DNA of 54,525 bases, from the NCBI GenBank assembly GCA_040182905.1, contig JARQWU010000038.1, positions 1-54,525 on the forward strand. Direction: 5' to 3'. Positions 53,101-54,525 of this stretch are shown piece by piece; the stretch's first letter is position 1; each line of letters starts with the position of its first letter. The notes below the pieces were generated by a model. The model was not told where the DNA came from and did not search any database. It worked only from the letters and a program-made list of their open reading frames with translations. Origin of the DNA: Barthelona sp. PAP020 (taxonomy: Eukaryota). The position numbers were made by a program, and so were the translations under genes.

Positions 53101-54000
53101 TAGAGGTATGCAATGGGTAGATGTTTGTTCTACAACTCCAGTCATTGCAATATAAACACTTCCAGTGGTTTTTAACTTCTCAATACCTGTCAATTCACAC
53201 AATTCATCAAATTCTCCAAATATTCGATTCAAAGTGGAAATAGCTTGTTGTGGGGATATTCTTTTGATCAGTTCATCCCAGTTCAACAATTCAAAAAATA
53301 AGATTGCAGTGCTATTTGAAGCAGCAGGTGGAATTGGTTGTTGTAACAAAAACTGTCTAGCCAATCGATCAGGTAAACAATTTGAAACAATAGATTCAAA
53401 AAAAACAACCAATCTTTTCAACCAAACAACATGAGAAAAGTAAATTCCAGTAAAAATTTGAAATATTTTAGCATTCAAATAAATAAACAGGAAATTGAAA
53501 ACTACAGTAGCAAAAATGATCAAACTAAAAATGTTGAATTGTAAAAGACTAATGAAAAGAAGAAATATGGAAATGAAAAGAAATCCTACTAATAAATGAA
53601 CATAATGTATCGATGGCAGCATAATACAATGCGATAAAATAGGAATAATATAAAAATAAAACTTCAAATCTAAAGAGTGGGAAAAAATTTCACCAAAAAA
53701 AACTAAACATAAAAAATAAAATATCAACACGTTAAACAAATACACTCTTTTTCTTCCATGCGGCGAAAGCTTCATATATAAAGCTAAAAAAATAATAAAA
53801 CCAATTTTAGCAAAAAAAATCATCATTGAAACAATATTAAGAGGAGAAATCCAATGATTTGAAAAATAATCAATACAAAACATTGTAGGTACCAATATAA
53901 GATAAGAAATAAAAGCAATATTAATTTCTTTTGAACTTAAATTTGATTGTAATATATATAAATTATCTGTGGATAAATTTGGTGGAATTTTAATTGTCAT
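50197..54000 (-). CDS. Membrane class III nucleotide cyclase (TM-C-TM-C), probably adenylyl cyclase
   Basis: Two hydrophobic TM clusters, each followed by a cyclase domain (EKLKTTGSVY..FDILGDTVNTASRM; ADIVGFT..KIKTIGDAY..YDVFG). Confidence 0.92.
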   Translation of the reverse strand: MTIKIPPNLSTDNLYILQSNLSSKEINIAFISYLILVPTMFCIDYFSNHWISPLNIVSMMIFFAKIGFIIFLALYMKLSPHGRKRVYLFNVLIFYFLCLVFFGEIFSHSLDLKFYFYIIPILSHCIMLPSIHYVHLLVGFLFISIFLLFISLLQFNIFSLIIFATVVFNFLFIYLNAKIFQIFTGIYFSHVVWLKRLVVFFESIVSNCLPDRLARQFLLQQPIPPAASNSTAILFFELLNWDELIKRISPQQAISTLNRIFGEFDELCELTGIEKLKTTGSVYIAMTGVVEQTSTHCIPLANFVHLAHGILEKEQHNNHAYRIGWRAGMAYGQVSYGLLGTEKFIFDILGDTVNTASRMTTSSMNGQFRCTIDCIPFFSGCEHVILSQIETIQAKGKDLLDTVLISYDISPNALKSQLQTNYLSINNLLVSKTVGQRRNHNFRENTPNNQPKSLIDEFLQVENISFDDELMKVNHHQRRLSSPVINRYSSSLPSGNTTNVSPILREMYVKSIVSKELHPTIPIIPSIISTEISGNRKKPEIDLDIDLDIGIDLNIDTGNNNNSMNACGDPSNVGGILEPESVIYAYSDSSLELIESEYVTTEIEFNAFANAHANANHVSNNGINTNINNIILSNTTHNTHNSHNSLNSVAEHDQSNIGNVYHFSKKHNSGSSSFSSSASIPSSTHSSHSNKSFPSHISTKNNKKENVNTITKSFGMNLKNNKRISPNRKTLGHLGLNSIDRSILQKQTDFKGTIKSPRHDTLKKSENKAFLKQKRTFLIVVNVLFIFLFLFIIFLILFFDKQNFFKNDKSNVFLQLLLGTAFFIVFLVFNIFVLSFNFKKKKKIKKVSFVIKSLYIYQLLIISFMVYECYLVTTLLLDSELYLLVNIINILFIFIHLIILTQILRYLENVSKFWTICQLSIHFILFLPFFYMNIEHFYVIVLYIGVYISFFIMTISTLSKQKFAEKTVTESILLRQHISSLSYVIQKMLPPVFHDCWRNVLAKSENEISSVVSSDNCTVLIADIVGFTKFCSSRKSFDVFRMLNNILAVFDARVNLYENVDKIKTIGDAYVIVAGIPNENFHHASDIIAVGQGLINDVATISKHWKVDLKLRIGVASGRVVAGTVGKTRFVYDVFGSTVSRAEYLEGTGTPDKIHIDQSTARLLHNTNMVQNHRDSFFIDNQLTDPRILQTPRPMQRPSIAISSFWDYLKETQAVEVFSTMSALDRMVGKSSKSRNWKSLKNSRQNSSQELISPNPLKYSLGKPKIK

Positions 54001-54525
54001 TCTTTAAAATACAATCCATAACATCATAAATAACTGGTTTTGAATTTTCAATTGAAATAAAGATTTTTTTTTTTAATATAAATAGAAATTCTCTTTCTTG
54101 TGTGTAAATCAATGATATGAGGAAGTTTAGTTGTTGTTTTTTATTTATTTGATAAAATTGAAACTCTTCTTTCATATTTCTTCTCACTTTCTTTTTAAAC
54201 TGAATAGATAAACGTTTCAAAATATGGAATTAAGACATTTATCAATAAATAATATGGTTATAAGTTGCTTTTCTTTTTGAAATGGATTTGTTTTATAAAG
54301 ATAAAGGTTGTAATTCACAGCACAACATTATACATCACAAGAGAAGAGGAGAAATTACCAATTTTTTTGAATTGTCTTTTTATTTTTTTGGTTGACATTT
54401 TTGATCAAATGATAGATTCATCTGTAGTTATTGAATCTGTTATTAAAATATGCAATCAAAAGCATATTGAAGTTAACGACACATTTGTATCATTTGTGGT
54501 TAATTTTATATTATTACCGGTTAAT

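Noticed and set aside
11376..53434. Numerous 60-140 aa antisense or alternate-frame ORFs overlapping real genes, plus short ORFs in AT-rich gaps (e.g. 15137, 18683, 24133)
   Set aside because: Shadow ORFs of real coding sequence or low-complexity F/L/K/I strings, mostly with non-ATG starts and no motifs
32181..54000. PDE and cyclase in one window as a cAMP gene cluster
   Set aside because: About 15 kb apart with many unrelated genes between; both families are usually multicopy in flagellates

Overview
AT-rich, gene-dense eukaryotic nuclear DNA from a unicellular organism that is probably flagellated (DNAAF1/ODA7 is present); the exact lineage cannot be fixed from the sequence. It appears to use the standard code: TAA, TAG and TGA all end conserved genes. 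The window holds about 30 mostly intronless genes: Prp3, RNase H2B-like, palmitoyl-protein thioesterase, ZupT, glucosidase II beta, SLC12, a CenH3 candidate, dNK, Cdc45, two kinesins, MAP3K, RPB12, PDE, Rab3GAP1, a kinase-ankyrin protein, glyoxalase II, a YiiX-type NlpC/P60 enzyme, MFS, DNAAF1 and a membrane cyclase. There is also one tRNA-Phe and several decayed coding relics. Reading beyond the ORF track gave six GT-AG introns and a complete three-exon RPB12 gene that the track missed. Four introns are 40-41 nt, one is 49 nt, and one is about 86 nt with an internal hairpin that would reduce it to about 44 nt. All six have GTWT donors and NCTAAY branch points. Other leads: a two-copy ~210 bp element with subterminal inverted repeats and end hairpins; an MLKL-N-like/kinase/ankyrin protein; an adenylyl cyclase with swapped C1/C2 halves; a kinesin-3 ending in KKKYCCC; a catalytically dead half-Has1 helicase; and several bacterial-like genes that may be lateral transfers. 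All homology calls come from motif recognition by eye; no searches were run.
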